Below, piece after piece: positions 17,470 to 31,182 of a DNA stretch of 64,000 nucleotides (position 1 is the stretch's first letter; every line of letters begins with the position of its first letter). A program made the translations under genes and the position numbers. The notes under the pieces were generated by a model, which saw only the letters and a program-made list of their open reading frames with translations, was not told the DNA's origin and did no database searches. Origin of the DNA: Eledone cirrhosa (lineage: Eukaryota); assembly GCA_964016885.1 (NCBI GenBank), contig CAXHJY010001669.1, positions 62,001-126,000 of the forward strand. Reading direction: 5' to 3'.

Positions 17470-20400
17470 CTCCACAGCCAGAGTTACCAACACCACCACC
17501 ACTACTACTACCTCCACAGCCAGAGTTACCAACACCACCACCACCACTACTACTACTACCTCCACAGCCAGAGTTACCAACACCACCACCACTACTACTA
17601 CTACTACTACCCCCACAGCCAGAGTTACCAACACCACCACCACCACTACTCCTACCTCCACAGCCAGAGTTACCAACACCACCACCACCACTACTACTAC
17701 TACCTCCACAGCCAGAGTTACCAACACCACCACCACTTCTACTACTACCCCCACAGCCAGAGTTACCAACACCACCACCACCACTACTACTACCTCCACA
17801 GCCAGAGTTACCAACACCACCACCACTACTACTACTACTACCTCCACAGCCAGAGTTACCAACACCACCACCACCACTACTACTACCTCCACAGCCAGAG
17901 TTACCAACACCACCACCACTACTACTACTACTACCTCCACAGCCAGAGTTACCAACACCACCACCACTACTACTACTACTACCTCCACAGCCAGAGTTAC
18001 CAACACCACCACCACCACTACTACTACCTCCACAGCCAGAGTTACCAACACCACCACCACTACTACTACTACTACCTCCACAGCCAGAGTTACCAACACC
18101 ACCACCACCACTACTACTACCTCCACAGCCAGAGTTACCAACACCACCACTACTACTACTACTACCTCCACAGCCAGAGTTACCAATACCACCACCACCA
18201 CTACTACTACCTCCACAGCCAGAGTTACCAACACCACCACTACTACTACTACTACCTCCACAGCCAGAGTTACCAACACCACCACCACCACTACTACTAC
18301 CTCCACAGCCAGAGTTACCAGCACCACCACTACTACTACTACCTCCACAGCCAGAGTTACCAACACCACCACTACTGCTACTACTACCTCCACATCCAGA
18401 GTTACCAACACCACCACTACTACTACTACTACCTCCACAGCCAGAGTTACCAACATCACCACCACCACTACTACTACTATCCCCACAGCCAGAGTTACCA
18501 ACACCACCACCACTACTACTACTACTACCTCCACAGCCAGAGTTACCAACACCACCACCACCACTACTACTACCTCCACAGCCAGAGTTACCAACACCAC
18601 CACCACCACTACTACTACCCCCACAGCCAGAGTTACCAACACCACCGCCACCACTACTACTACTACCCCCACAGCCAGAGTTACCAACACCACCACCACT
18701 ACTACTACCTCCACAGCCAGAGTTACTAACACCACCACCACTACTACTACTACCTCTACAGCCAGAGTTACCAACACCACCACTACTACTACTACTACTA
18801 CCCCCACAGCCAGAGTTACCACCACCACTACTACTACTATCTCCACAGCCAGAGTTACCAACACCACCACCACTACTACTACTACTACTACCTCCACAGC
18901 CAGAGTGACCAACACCACCACTACTACTACTACTACCCCCACAGCCAGAGTTACCAACACCACCACCACTACTACTACTACTACCTCCACAGCCAGAGTT
19001 ACCAACACCACCACTACTACTACTACCTCCACAGCCAGAGTTACCAACACCACCACCACCACTACTACTACCCCCACAGCCAGAGTTACCAGCACCACCA
19101 CTACTACTACTACTACTACCTCCACAGCCAGAGTTACCAGCACCACCACCACCACTACTACTACCTCCACAGCCAGAGTTACCAATACCACCACCACTAC
19201 TACTACTACTACCTCCACAGCCAGAGTTACCAACACCACCACCATTACTACTACTACTACCTCCACAGCCAGAGTTACCAACACCACCACCACTACTACT
19301 ACTACTACCTCCACAGCCAGAGTTACCAACACCACCACTACTACTACTACCTCCACAGCCAGAGTTACCAATACCACCACCACTACTACTACCCCCACAG
19401 CCAGAGTTACCAACACCACCACCACTACTACTACTACCCCCACAGCCAGAGTTACCAACACCACCACCACCACCACCACTACAACTACCTCCACAGCCAG
19501 AGTTACCAATACCACCACCACTACTACTACCTCCACAGCCAGAGTTACCAATACCACCACCACTACTACTACCTCCACAGCCAGAGTTACCAACACCACC
19601 ACCACCACTACTACTGCTACCTCCACAGCCAGAGTTACCAACACCACCACCACTACTACTACTACTACCTCCACAGCCAGAGTTACCAACACCACCACTA
19701 CTACTACCCCCACAGCCAGAGTTACCAACACCACCACCACCACTACTGCTACTACTACCTCCACAGCCAGAGTTACCAACACCACCACCACCACCACCAC
19801 TACTGCTACCTCCACAGCCAGAGTTACCAACACCACCACCACTACTACTACTACTACTACCTCCACAGCCAGAGTTACCAACACCACCACCACCACTACT
19901 ACTGCTACCTCCACAGCCAGAGTTACCAACACCACCACCACTACTACTACTACTACCTCCACAGCCAGAGTTACCAACACCACCACTACTACTACCCCCA
20001 CAGCCAGAGTTACCAACACCACCACCACCACTACTGCTACTACTACCTCCACAGCCAGAGTTACCAACACCACCACCACCACCACCACTACTGCTACCTC
20101 CACAGCCAGAGTTACCAACACCACCACCACTACTACTACTACTACTACCTCCACAGCCAGAGTTACCAACACCACCACCACCACTACTACTGCTACCTCC
20201 ACAGCCAGAGTTACCAACACCACCACCACCACTACTACTGCTACCTCCACAGCCAGAGTTACCAACACCACCACCACTACTACTACTACTACCTCCACAG
20301 CCAGAGTTACCAACACCACCACTACTACTACCCCCACAGCCAGAGTTACCAACACCACCACCACCACTACTGCTACTACTACCTCCACAGCCAGAGTTAC

Positions 20401-23400
20401 CAACACCACCACCACCACCACCACCACTACTGCTACCTCCACAGCCAGAGTTACCAACACCACCACCACTACTACTACTACTACTACCCCCACAGCCAGA
20501 GTTACCAACACCACCACCACCACTACTACTACCTCCACAGCCAGAGTTACCAACACCACCACCACCACTACTACTACTACCTCCACAGCCAGAGTTACCA
20601 ACACCACCACCACTACTACTACTACCTCCACAGCCAGAGTTACCAACACCACCACCACCACTACTACTACCTCCACAGCCAGAGTTACCAACACCACCAC
20701 CACTACTACTACTACTACCTCCACAGCCAGAGTTACCAACACCACCACCACCACTACTACTACCTCCACAGCCAGAGTTACCAACACCACCACCACTACT
20801 ACTACTACTACCTCCACAGCCAGAGTTACCAACACCACCACCACCACTACTACTACCTCCACAGCCAGAGTTACCAACACCACCACTACTACTACTACTA
20901 CCTCCACAGCCAGAGTTACCAATACCACCACCACCACTACTACTACCTCCACAGCCAGAGTTACCAACACCACCACCACCACTACTACTGCTACCTCCAC
21001 AGCCAGAGTTACCAACACCACCACCACTACTACTACTACTACCTCCACAGCCAGAGTTACCAACACCACCACTACTACTACCCCCACAGCCAGAGTTACC
21101 AACACCACCACCACCACTACTGCTACTACTACCTCCACAGCCAGAGTTACCAACACCACCACCACCACCACCACTACTGCTACCTCCACAGCCAGAGTTA
21201 CCAACACCACCACCACTACTACTACTACTACTACCTCCACAGCCAGAGTTACCAACACCACCACCACCACTACTACTGCTACCTCCACAGCCAGAGTTAC
21301 CAACACCACCACCACCACTACTACTGCTACCTCCACAGCCAGAGTTACCAACACCACCACCACTACTACTACTACTACCTCCACAGCCAGAGTTACCAAC
21401 ACCACCACTACTACTACCCCCACAGCCAGAGTTACCAACACCACCACCACCACTACTGCTACTACTACCTCCACAGCCAGAGTTACCAACACCACCACCA
21501 CCACCACCACCACTACTGCTACCTCCACAGCCAGAGTTACCAACACCACCACCACTACTACTACTACTACTACCCCCACAGCCAGAGTTACCAACACCAC
21601 CACCACCACTACTACTACCTCCACAGGCAGAGTTACCAACACCACCACCACCACTACTACTACTACCTCCACAGCCAGAGTTACCAACACCACCACCACT
21701 ACTACTACTACCTCCACAGCCAGAGTTACCAACACCACCACCACCACTACTACTACCTCCACAGCCAGAGTTACCAACACCACCACCACTACTACTACTA
21801 CTACCTCCACAGCCAGAGTTACCAACACCACCACCACCACTACTACTACCTCCACAGCCAGAGTTACCAACACCACCACCACTACTACTACTACTACCTC
21901 CACAGCCAGAGTTACCAACACCACCACCACCACTACTACTACCTCCACAGCCAGAGTTACCAACACCACCACTACTACTACTACTACCTCCACAGCCAGA
22001 GTTACCAATACCACCACCACCACTACTACTACCTCCACAGCCAGAGTTACCAACACCACCACTACTACTACTACTACCTCCACAGCCAGAGTTACCAACA
22101 CCACCACCACCACTACTACTACCTCCACAGCCAGAGTTACCAACACCACCACTACTACTACTACTACCTCCACAGCCAGAGTTACCAACACCACCACCAC
22201 CACTACTACTACCTCCACAGCCAGAGTTACCAACACCACCACCACTACTACTACTACCTCCACAGCCAGAGTTACCAATACCACCACCACCACTACTACT
22301 ACCTCCACAGCCAGAGTTACCAACACCACCACCACTACTACTACTACTACCTCCACAGCCAGAGTTACCAACACCACCACCACCACTACTACTACCTCCA
22401 CAGCCAGAGTTACCAGCACCACCACCACCACTACTACTACCTCCACAGCCAGAGTTACCAACACCACCACTACTACTACTACTACCTCCACAGCCAGAGT
22501 TACCAATACCACCACCACCACTACTACTACCTCCACAGCCAGAGTTACCAACACCACCACTACTACTACTACTACCTCCACAGCCAGAGTTACCAACACC
22601 ACCACCACCACTACTACTACCTCCACAGCCAGAGTTACCAACACCACCACCACTACTACTACTACTACTACCTCCACAGCCAGAGTTACCAACACCACCA
22701 CCACCACTACTACTGCTACCTCCACAGCCAGAGTTACCAACACCACCACCACTACTACTACTACTACCTCCACAGCCAGAGTTACCAACACCACCACTAC
22801 TACTACCCCCACAGCCAGAGTTACCAACACCACCACCACCACTACTGCTACTACTACCTCCACAGCCAGAGTTACCAACACCACCACCACCACCACCACT
22901 ACTGCTACCTCCACAGCCAGAGTTACCAACACCACCACCACTACTACTACTACTACTACCTCCACAGCCAGAGTTACCAACACCACCACCACCACTACTA
23001 CTGCTACCTCCACAGCCAGAGTTACCAACACCACCACCACCACTACTACTGCTACCTCCACAGCCAGAGTTACCAACACCACCACCACTACTACTACTAC
23101 TACCTCCACAGCCAGAGTTACCAACACCACCACTACTACTACCCCCACAGCCAGAGTTACCAACACCACCACCACCACTACTGCTACTACTACCTCCACA
23201 GCCAGAGTTACCAACACCACCACCACCACCACCACCACTACTGCTACCTCCACAGCCAGAGTTACCAACACCACCACCACTACTACTACTACTACTACCC
23301 CCACAGCCAGAGTTACCAACACCACCACCACCACTACTACTACCTCCACAGCCAGAGTTACCAACACCACCACCACCACTACTACTACTACCTCCACAGC

Positions 23401-26400
23401 CAGAGTTACCAACACCACCACCACTACTACTACTACCTCCACAGCCAGAGTTACCAACACCACCACCACCACTACTACTACCTCCACAGCCAGAGTTACC
23501 AACACCACCACCACTACTACTACTACTACCTCCACAGCCAGAGTTACCAACACCACCACCACCACTACTACTACCTCCACAGCCAGAGTTACCAACACCA
23601 CCACCACTACTACTACTACTACCTCCACAGCCAGAGTTACCAACACCACCACCACCACTACTACTACCTCCACAGCCAGAGTTACCAACACCACCACTAC
23701 TACTACTACTACCTCCACAGCCAGAGTTACCAATACCACCACCACCACTACTACTACCTCCACAGCCAGAGTTACCAACACCACCACCACCACTACTACT
23801 GCTACCTCCACAGCCAGAGTTACCAACACCACCACCACTACTACTACTACTACCTCCACAGCCAGAGTTACCAACACCACCACTACTACTACCCCCACAG
23901 CCAGAGTTACCAACACCACCACCACCACTACTGCTACTACTACCTCCACAGCCAGAGTTACCAACACCACCACCACCACCACCACTACTGCTACCTCCAC
24001 AGCCAGAGTTACCAACACCACCACCACTACTACTACTACTACTACCTCCACAGCCAGAGTTACCAACACCACCACCACCACTACTACTGCTACCTCCACA
24101 GCCAGAGTTACCAACACCACCACCACCACTACTACTGCTACCTCCACAGCCAGAGTTACCAACACCACCACCACTACTACTACTACTACCTCCACAGCCA
24201 GAGTTACCAACACCACCACTACTACTACCCCCACAGCCAGAGTTACCAACACCACCACCACCACTACTGCTACTACTACCTCCACAGCCAGAGTTACCAA
24301 CACCACCACCACCACCACCACCACTACTGCTACCTCCACAGCCAGAGTTACCAACACCACCACCACTACTACTACTACTACTACCCCCACAGCCAGAGTT
24401 ACCAACACCACCACCACCACTACTACTACCTCCACAGGCAGAGTTACCAACACCACCACCACCACTACTACTACTACCTCCACAGCCAGAGTTACCAACA
24501 CCACCACCACTACTACTACTACCTCCACAGCCAGAGTTACCAACACCACCACCACCACTACTACTACCTCCACAGCCAGAGTTACCAACACCACCACCAC
24601 TACTACTACTACTACCTCCACAGCCAGAGTTACCAACACCACCACCACCACTACTACTACCTCCACAGCCAGAGTTACCAACACCACCACCACTACTACT
24701 ACTACTACCTCCACAGCCAGAGTTACCAACACCACCACCACCACTACTACTACCTCCACAGCCAGAGTTACCAACACCACCACTACTACTACTACTACCT
24801 CCACAGCCAGAGTTACCAATACCACCACCACCACTACTACTACCTCCACAGCCAGAGTTACCAACACCACCACTACTACTACTACTACCTCCACAGCCAG
24901 AGTTACCAACACCACCACCACCACTACTACTACCTCCACAGCCAGAGTTACCAACACCACCACTACTACTACTACTACCTCCACAGCCAGAGTTACCAAC
25001 ACCACCACCACCACTACTACTACCTCCACAGCCAGAGTTACCAACACCACCACCACTACTACTACTACCTCCACAGCCAGAGTTACCAATACCACCACCA
25101 CCACTACTACTACCTCCACAGCCAGAGTTACCAACACCACCACCACTACTACTACTACTACCTCCACAGCCAGAGTTACCAACACCACCACCACCACTAC
25201 TACTACCTCCACAGCCAGAGTTACCAGCACCACCACCACCACTACTACTACCTCCACAGCCAGAGTTACCAACACCACCACTACTACTACTACTACCTCC
25301 ACAGCCAGAGTTACCAATACCACCACCACCACTACTACTACCTCCACAGCCAGAGTTACCAACACCACCACTACTACTACTACTACCTCCACAGCCAGAG
25401 TTACCAACACCACCACCACCACTACTACTACCTCCACAGCCAGAGTTACCAACACCACCACCACTACTACTACTACCTCCACAGCCAGAGTTACCAATAC
25501 CACCACCACCACTACTACTACCTCCACAGCCAGAGTTACCAACACCACCACCACTACTACTACTACTACCTCCACAGCCAGAGTTACCAACACCACCACT
25601 ACTACTACTACTACCTCCACAGCCAGAGTTACCAACACCACCACTACTACTACTACTACTACCTCCACAGCCAGAGTTACCACCACCACCACTACTACTA
25701 CTACTACTACCTCCACAGCCAGAGTTACCAACACCACCACCACTACTACTACCTCCACAGCCAGAGTTACCAACACCACCACCACCACTACTACTACTAC
25801 CTCCACAGCCAGAGTTACCAACACCACCACCACTACTACTACTACTACTACCCCCACAGCCAGAGTTACCAACACCACCACCACCACTACTACTACCTCC
25901 ACAGCCAGAGTTACCAACACCACCACCACCACTACTACTACTACCTCCACAGCCAGAGTTACCAACACCACCACCACTACTACTACTACTACTACCCCCA
26001 CAGCCAGAGTTACCAACACCACCACCACCACTACTACTACCTCCACAGCCAGAGTTACCAACACCACCACCACTACTACTACTACTACCTCCACAGCCAG
26101 AGTTACCAACACCACCACCACCACTACTACTACCTCCACAGCCAGAGTTACCAACACCACCACCACTACTACTACTACTACCTCCACAGCCAGAGTTACC
26201 AACACCACCACCACTACTACTACTACTACCTCCACAGCCAGAGTTACCAACACCACCACCACCACTACTACTACCTCCGCAGCCAGAGTTACCAACACCA
26301 CCACCACTACTACTACTACTACCTCCACAGCCAGAGTTACCAACACCACCACCACCACTACTACTACCTCCACAGCCAGAGTTACCAACACCACCACTAC

Positions 26401-27085
26401 TACTACTACTACCTCCACAGCCAGAGTTACCAATACCACCACCACCACTACTACTACCTCCACAGCCAGAGTTACCAACACCACCACTACTGCTACTACT
26501 ACCTCAACAGCCAGAGCTACCTACACCACCACCACCACTACTACTACCTCCACAGCCAGAGTTACCAACACCACCACCACCACTACTACTACCTCCACAG
26601 CCAGAGTTACCAGCACCACCACTACTACTACTACCTCCACAGCCAGAGTTACCAACACCACCACTACTACTACTACTACCTCCACAGCCAGAGTTACCAA
26701 CATCACCACCACTACTACTACTATCCCCACAGCCAGAGTTACCAACACCACCACCACTACTACTACTACTACCTCCACAGCCAGAGTTACCAACACCACC
26801 ACCACCACTACTACTACCTCCACAGCCAGAGTTACCAACACCACCACCACCACTACTACTACCTCCACAGCCAGAGTTACCAACACCATCACCTCTACTA
26901 CTACCTCCACAGCCAGAGTTACCAACACCACCACCACCACTATTACTACCTCCACAGCCAGAGTTACCAACACCACCACTACTGCTACTACTACCTCCAC
27001 ATCCAGAGTTACCAACACCACCACCACCACTACTACTACCTCCACAGCCAGAGTTACCAACACCACCACTACTGCTACTACCTCT
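1..27085. repeat. Giant minisatellite/VNTR array: constant core (T/C)CCACAGCCAGAGTTACCAAC + variable (ACC)m(ACT)nACC, unit mostly 39-54 bp, roughly 600 units, runs off the left edge
   Basis: The core recurs continuously from base 1 to ~27060. Unit length varies in 3-bp steps. The array decays into ACC/ACT/ATC low-complexity sequence at 27085-27360. Unit count is an estimate (27 kb / ~45 bp). Confidence 0.98.
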
Positions 27086-27367
27086 ATAACTAGTTACAAC
27101 ACCACCACTACTACCACTACTTCCTCCATAGCCACAACTACTATAACCACCTTTACTATTTCTATCACTTTATACCCCCCCCCCCCTCCCCGATATCACA
27201 ATATCACCAACACCTTCACCACCACTACTATCTCAATATCCTCCACCATCATCATTTCTATCACAATACCCCCTACCACCACCACCACCACCACCACCAC
27301 TATCACCATCTCCCCCATCACCCCTGTCACAATATCTCCACCACGACCTACAAGAAATAGTATTTAA
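3791..27367 (+). CDS. Dubious Thr-rich mucin-like ORF [(S/P)TARVTNTTTTTTT]n arising from the minisatellite
   Basis: The ORF track gives 7858 aa, but it starts at a TTG in the His/Tyr frame and has no signal peptide or Cys-rich mucin domain. ACN codons cannot become stops by one substitution, and the antisense frame is equally open. Confidence 0.12.
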
Positions 27368-28114
27368 ATCGCCCTCAAATCACTCCCATATTCACCCCAC
27401 CGTCTTAAAATAAGGGACAAGAGCATTAATGTTGTCCTTGCTTTTGATCATAGCTCGACACAGTCAAGGCTGACTAAGGGCTAAACAACCACCACCACCC
27501 CCACTATTAACGCCATCCTCTAGTTCCCCACTACCACTACCAACAACAACACCACTGACAAAAAAAAAAATCCACCTTATTTTACACTGACCTCTTTCTT
27601 AAGCTTACCCTCAGCACCTTACACTTCCGACCCCCTTTTCTTCTTCCTCACTCCTTCACAATCCATTCCCAGTTTTATATCACTGCCTCCTCCACTCTCA
27701 TCGCCCTTCCCCCTTCCTTTCCTCCTCATATTTCAACCATATTTCTACTTGGTCACCCTTTTCTAAATTAAAAAAAATATATATATATATATTTTATCAC
27801 CTTACTCTTTCCACCATTTCCCAGTTTTCATTCCAACACTTGTGTGCCTAAAGGAGGAAGGGATTGTAGGGTACAGAGTGTTGGTGGTGGTTGTGACGGC
27901 AGAAGTAATGGTGGTGATGTTGGGGGTAGTGGTGTTAATGGTGGCGAAGCTGGCGGTGTCAGTTTTTTTTTTAGGTAGTGGCGACGTCAGTAAGAAGACG
28001 ACATGCTCATTGGTAGTGAGTTGGCGGTGGTGGGAGTGCTTACTTGTTGTAAAGGGACCGGTGTAATTGGAGATGTTTGCTAGAGTGGTGAGGGCTATTG
28101 TGGTGATTGTTGGT

Positions 28115-28725
28115 GGCGATAGTAGTGGTACTTGTTGTGTCGGTGGTGGCTATTGTGGTGGTTTGATGTGGTGATAGTAGTGGTTGTTGGTGGCGATGAT
28201 AGTGGTACTTGTTGTGTCGGTGGTGGCTATTGTGGTGGTTTGATGTGGTGATAGTAGTGGTTGTTGGTGGCGATGATAGTGGTACTTGTTGTGTCGGTGG
28301 TGGCTATTGTGGTGGTTTGATGTGGTGGTGATAGTAGTGGTTGTTGGTGGCGATGATAGTGGTACTTGTTGTGTCGGTGGTGGCTATTGTGGTGGTTTGA
28401 TGTGGTGATAGTAGTGGTTGTTGGTGGCGATGATAGTGGTACTTGTTGTGTCGGTGGTGGCTATTGTGGTGGTTTGATGTGGTGATAGTAGTGGTTGTTG
28501 GTGGCGATGATAGTGGTGGTTGTTGTGTCGGTGGTGGCTATGGTGGTGGTTTTATGTGGTGATAGTAGTGGTTGTTGGTGGCGATGATAGTGGTGGTTGT
28601 TGTGTCGGTGGTGGCTATGGTGGTGGTTTTATGTGGTGATAGTAGTGGTTGTTGGTGGCGATGATAGTGGTGGTTGTTGTGTCGGTGGTGGCTATGGTGG
28701 TGGTTTTATATGGTGATAGTAGTAG
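28115..28725. repeat. 77-bp G/T-rich minisatellite, ~8 copies
   Basis: Unit GTGGTACTTGTTGTGTCGGTGGTGGCTATTGTGGTGGTTTGATGTGGTGATAGTAGTGGTTGTTGGTGGCGATGATA. Register points fall at 28130, 28207, 28284, 28364, 28441, 28518, 28595 and 28672. Confidence 0.92.
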
Positions 28726-29367
28726 TTGGTGGTGGTTGTTGTTGTGGTGATAGTGGTGGTTATTGTGGTTGTTTGTGGCGATGATGGTGTTGGTTGATGT
28801 TGTTGCTGGTGGTGGTCGTTGGTGGCGATGATGGTAGTGGTGGCGACTGTTGTCTCGGAGGTGGGGAGAACTGGAGACACCCATCACTCCCCCCCTCCAA
28901 GGTAAGGTGTTAGTGTCACAGGAGAGCATGGGAAGATGGTGAGAGGTTCTAGTTGGTGGTCGACGTGGTAGGAGGTGAGGATGTTTAACCCCCCCCTCCC
29001 ATAGGATGTATGAAGGTACAGTGATTGTTGTGAGTAGGGCAGGTGGATGTGGTGTTGGTATTGGTGGAGGTGTTTTGTCGGTGATGGTGGTGGTAAGATA
29101 TGATCTGCAGCAGTGTAGGAATGTAAAGAGGTGACGGTACGGCAGTAGGTTGGGAAGACACAGTGGTGGGGTAAAAGTGCTCGTGTATATGTGTGAGCGT
29201 GTGAATGACACACACACACACACACACACACAAAAGGAGAGAAAGAGAGATAGGAAGAAATAGAGACGAATAAGACTATCCCAATTGTGTTGGAAGGAGT
29301 GGCACCTGTCTTTGTAATGACTCCTCCATCCGATGCGCTTGTGGAAAATAAATATAAAAATTATTGT

Positions 29368-29500
29368 GGGGCGGCAGATTGGTAGAATCGTTAGAACGTC
29401 GGACAAAATGCTTCGAGGCGTTTCGTTCCAAGTTCAACTTTGCCTTTCAGTACTGTGGGTAGATATAATCGACGTTGCCATCCCCATAATGCTAGCCATG
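29368..29500 (+). mobile_element. tRNA-derived SINE, internally deleted copy
   Basis: A-box-like head GGCGGCAGATTGGTAGAATCGTTAG followed by ACTTTGCCTTTC; same family as 29518 and 42599. Confidence 0.6.
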
Positions 29501-29517
29501 TACCTAAAGTAGAGATT

Positions 29518-29706
29518 GGTGGATTGGCAGTATCGGTAGTGGGTCGGATGCCATGCTTTGACGCATAGAGTTACGGCCCTTGCCATTCTGAGTTCAAATC
29601 CCGCCGAGATTAACTTTGCCTTTCGTCCTTACAGGGTCGATAAAATAAAGTACCAGTAATGCGCTGGGTAATTACTGGCCTTGTCCCAAAAGTAGAAACA
29701 ATTATT
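29518..29706 (+). mobile_element. tRNA-derived SINE with Meta-domain-like core
   Basis: A-box-like TGGCAGTATCGG, B-box-like GAGTTCAAATCCC, then GCCTTTCGTCCTTACAGGGTCGATAAAATAAAGTACCAG (MetaSINE-like central domain). A 3' fragment recurs at ~33395-33458. Confidence 0.75.
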
Positions 29707-29889
29707 GTTCCATTTACTTTCCTTATACTTTCCATCTGTTGTCGTTATTCCTCTTTTCTTTTTTATATATTTCTTTTCCTCATTCATTCTTTTATCTATT
29801 TATGTATGTATTTATATATGTATTTATTTATTTTTTCTTGCCTTTCCTCCTATTTATAACCTCTCATATCTCTAATTTGCTCTACGTCC

Positions 29890-30225
29890 TTTTCTTCTTT
29901 AAGTTTATCATATTATTTGTGGCATATAAACATTGAGATTTGATGAAATAAATCACTGCCAGTACTGGAATTGTATAATCAAGACCATAGCGGTAAGTCA
30001 TATATCAAATCATATATTTTATCTGATGAAGACGTACTGAAAAAAAAACAATAACACAGTACCTTTGAAATATATATAATAAAGCATATATTTTGATTAT
30101 GTGAATATCTTTCATTTGTTAATATTTTGAATAATAAAAACTCTAGGAAAACTAATTGTTGAGTGCTTTTAATCTATTGTAAAATTGTATTCATTGAGTA
30201 ATCAACGAACCATATTAATCCTTGG

Positions 30226-30228
<3 letters not shown>
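29890..30228 (+). mobile_element. Penelope-like pseudo-LTR remnant (same family as 36135-36470), abutting (TA)n
   Basis: Contains a hammerhead motif. Downstream CTAATTGTTGAGTGCTTT matches the reverse complement of 36194-36212. Ends at (TA)n 30229-30288. Confidence 0.6.
30017..30084 (+). ncRNA. Type I hammerhead ribozyme motif
   Basis: TTTTAT-CTGATGA(30023)-stem II GTACTG/CAGTAC-GAAA(30067)-TATATA-TA-ATAAAG; predicted cleavage after 30078. Confidence 0.65.
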
Positions 30229-30292
<64 letters not shown>

Positions 30293-31024
30293 TATCTTCT
30301 CTTACCACTTCTTTATCTTCTCTCACCTTCAACCTTCCCTCTAGTTACTCTTTAATTCTGGCTGCTCCTCCTTTCACCATTACACCTAACTTGCTAATTC
30401 TCCCCCTTCTCCCTTTCCTTTCTACCATTTCTCCCTATCTGGCTCTCCTACTTTTTTCAAGATATTTACTACTCTCTGTCGTGTCGCTTTTTGTGCTCCT
30501 CCCATTGCCCAACCCTTTACTCCGTATTTCTTCTGTACATGTCCCCTCTAGACTTCGCTCATACACTCCCTTTCACTTACCCCCTCTGAAAATTCTTTCT
30601 ATATTCTATATACAAGGAGTTTGCTCTCTATTGCTCTTTTTCCCCACCACACACGCTCCACTTAATATGTCTTTCTCCACCTCTCCTTTCTCCTTTTTCA
30701 TTCTTTCTCTCCACTCTTCTTTACACCCTATCCTTTACTGTCTCCTACTGTCCTCAACCCTTCTTTAATGTTAACATCTAGCCGATCATCACCTCCCCTC
30801 CACTACTTTGCTACTCTTACTTTCGTCTACATTATTTTAGGTCTTTCTTTGCGTACTTGCCTTCTCATTTGCCCAACACCCAGCCTTACTACAGTAATGA
30901 CTAGGACAATTTTTTTAGATTTTAACATTTTTAGTTTTTAGACCTTGTTTAGGCCTTATTTTTGGACACTAAATGTTTTTTTATACATTATATGGACCTA
31001 AAGGTATAAACTTTTCTTTAGGTT

Positions 31025-31182
31025 TATATGTAGGATCGATGGTCAGCTTCTTGCTGCCTTGATGCCTCCATACGAATGTCCGAGTTTTTGTGTTAGGATA
31101 AATGGTGGGAGTCGGATTCCACCAAGGGTGCGTACTGTCACCTCTTCTGTTCATCATTTTTATGAACAGGATTGACATGCGC
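31025..31182 (+). mobile_element. RTE-clade LINE RT fragment
   Basis: Encodes VGVGFHQGCVLSPLLFIIFMNRID; homologous to 39150-39225 and 55320-55390. Confidence 0.8.

Noticed and set aside
1906-27069. Minus-strand poly-Val ORFs (up to 5367 aa) and the PQPELPT / HSQSYQH frames
   Set aside because: These are alternative-frame by-products of the triplet satellite and implausible as proteins.
1-27085. CRISPR-like constant repeat + variable spacer architecture
   Set aside because: The spacers are only (ACC)m(ACT)n slippage variants, there are no cas genes, and the context is eukaryotic.
1-27085. Telomeric repeat array
   Set aside because: C-rich skew is present, but there is no CCCTAA/TTAGGG-type unit, and unit length is long and variable.
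29368-29706. tRNA genes (also at 42599, 46030-46081, 59858-60110)
   Set aside because: A/B boxes continue into SINE bodies, and no complete cloverleaf is evident.
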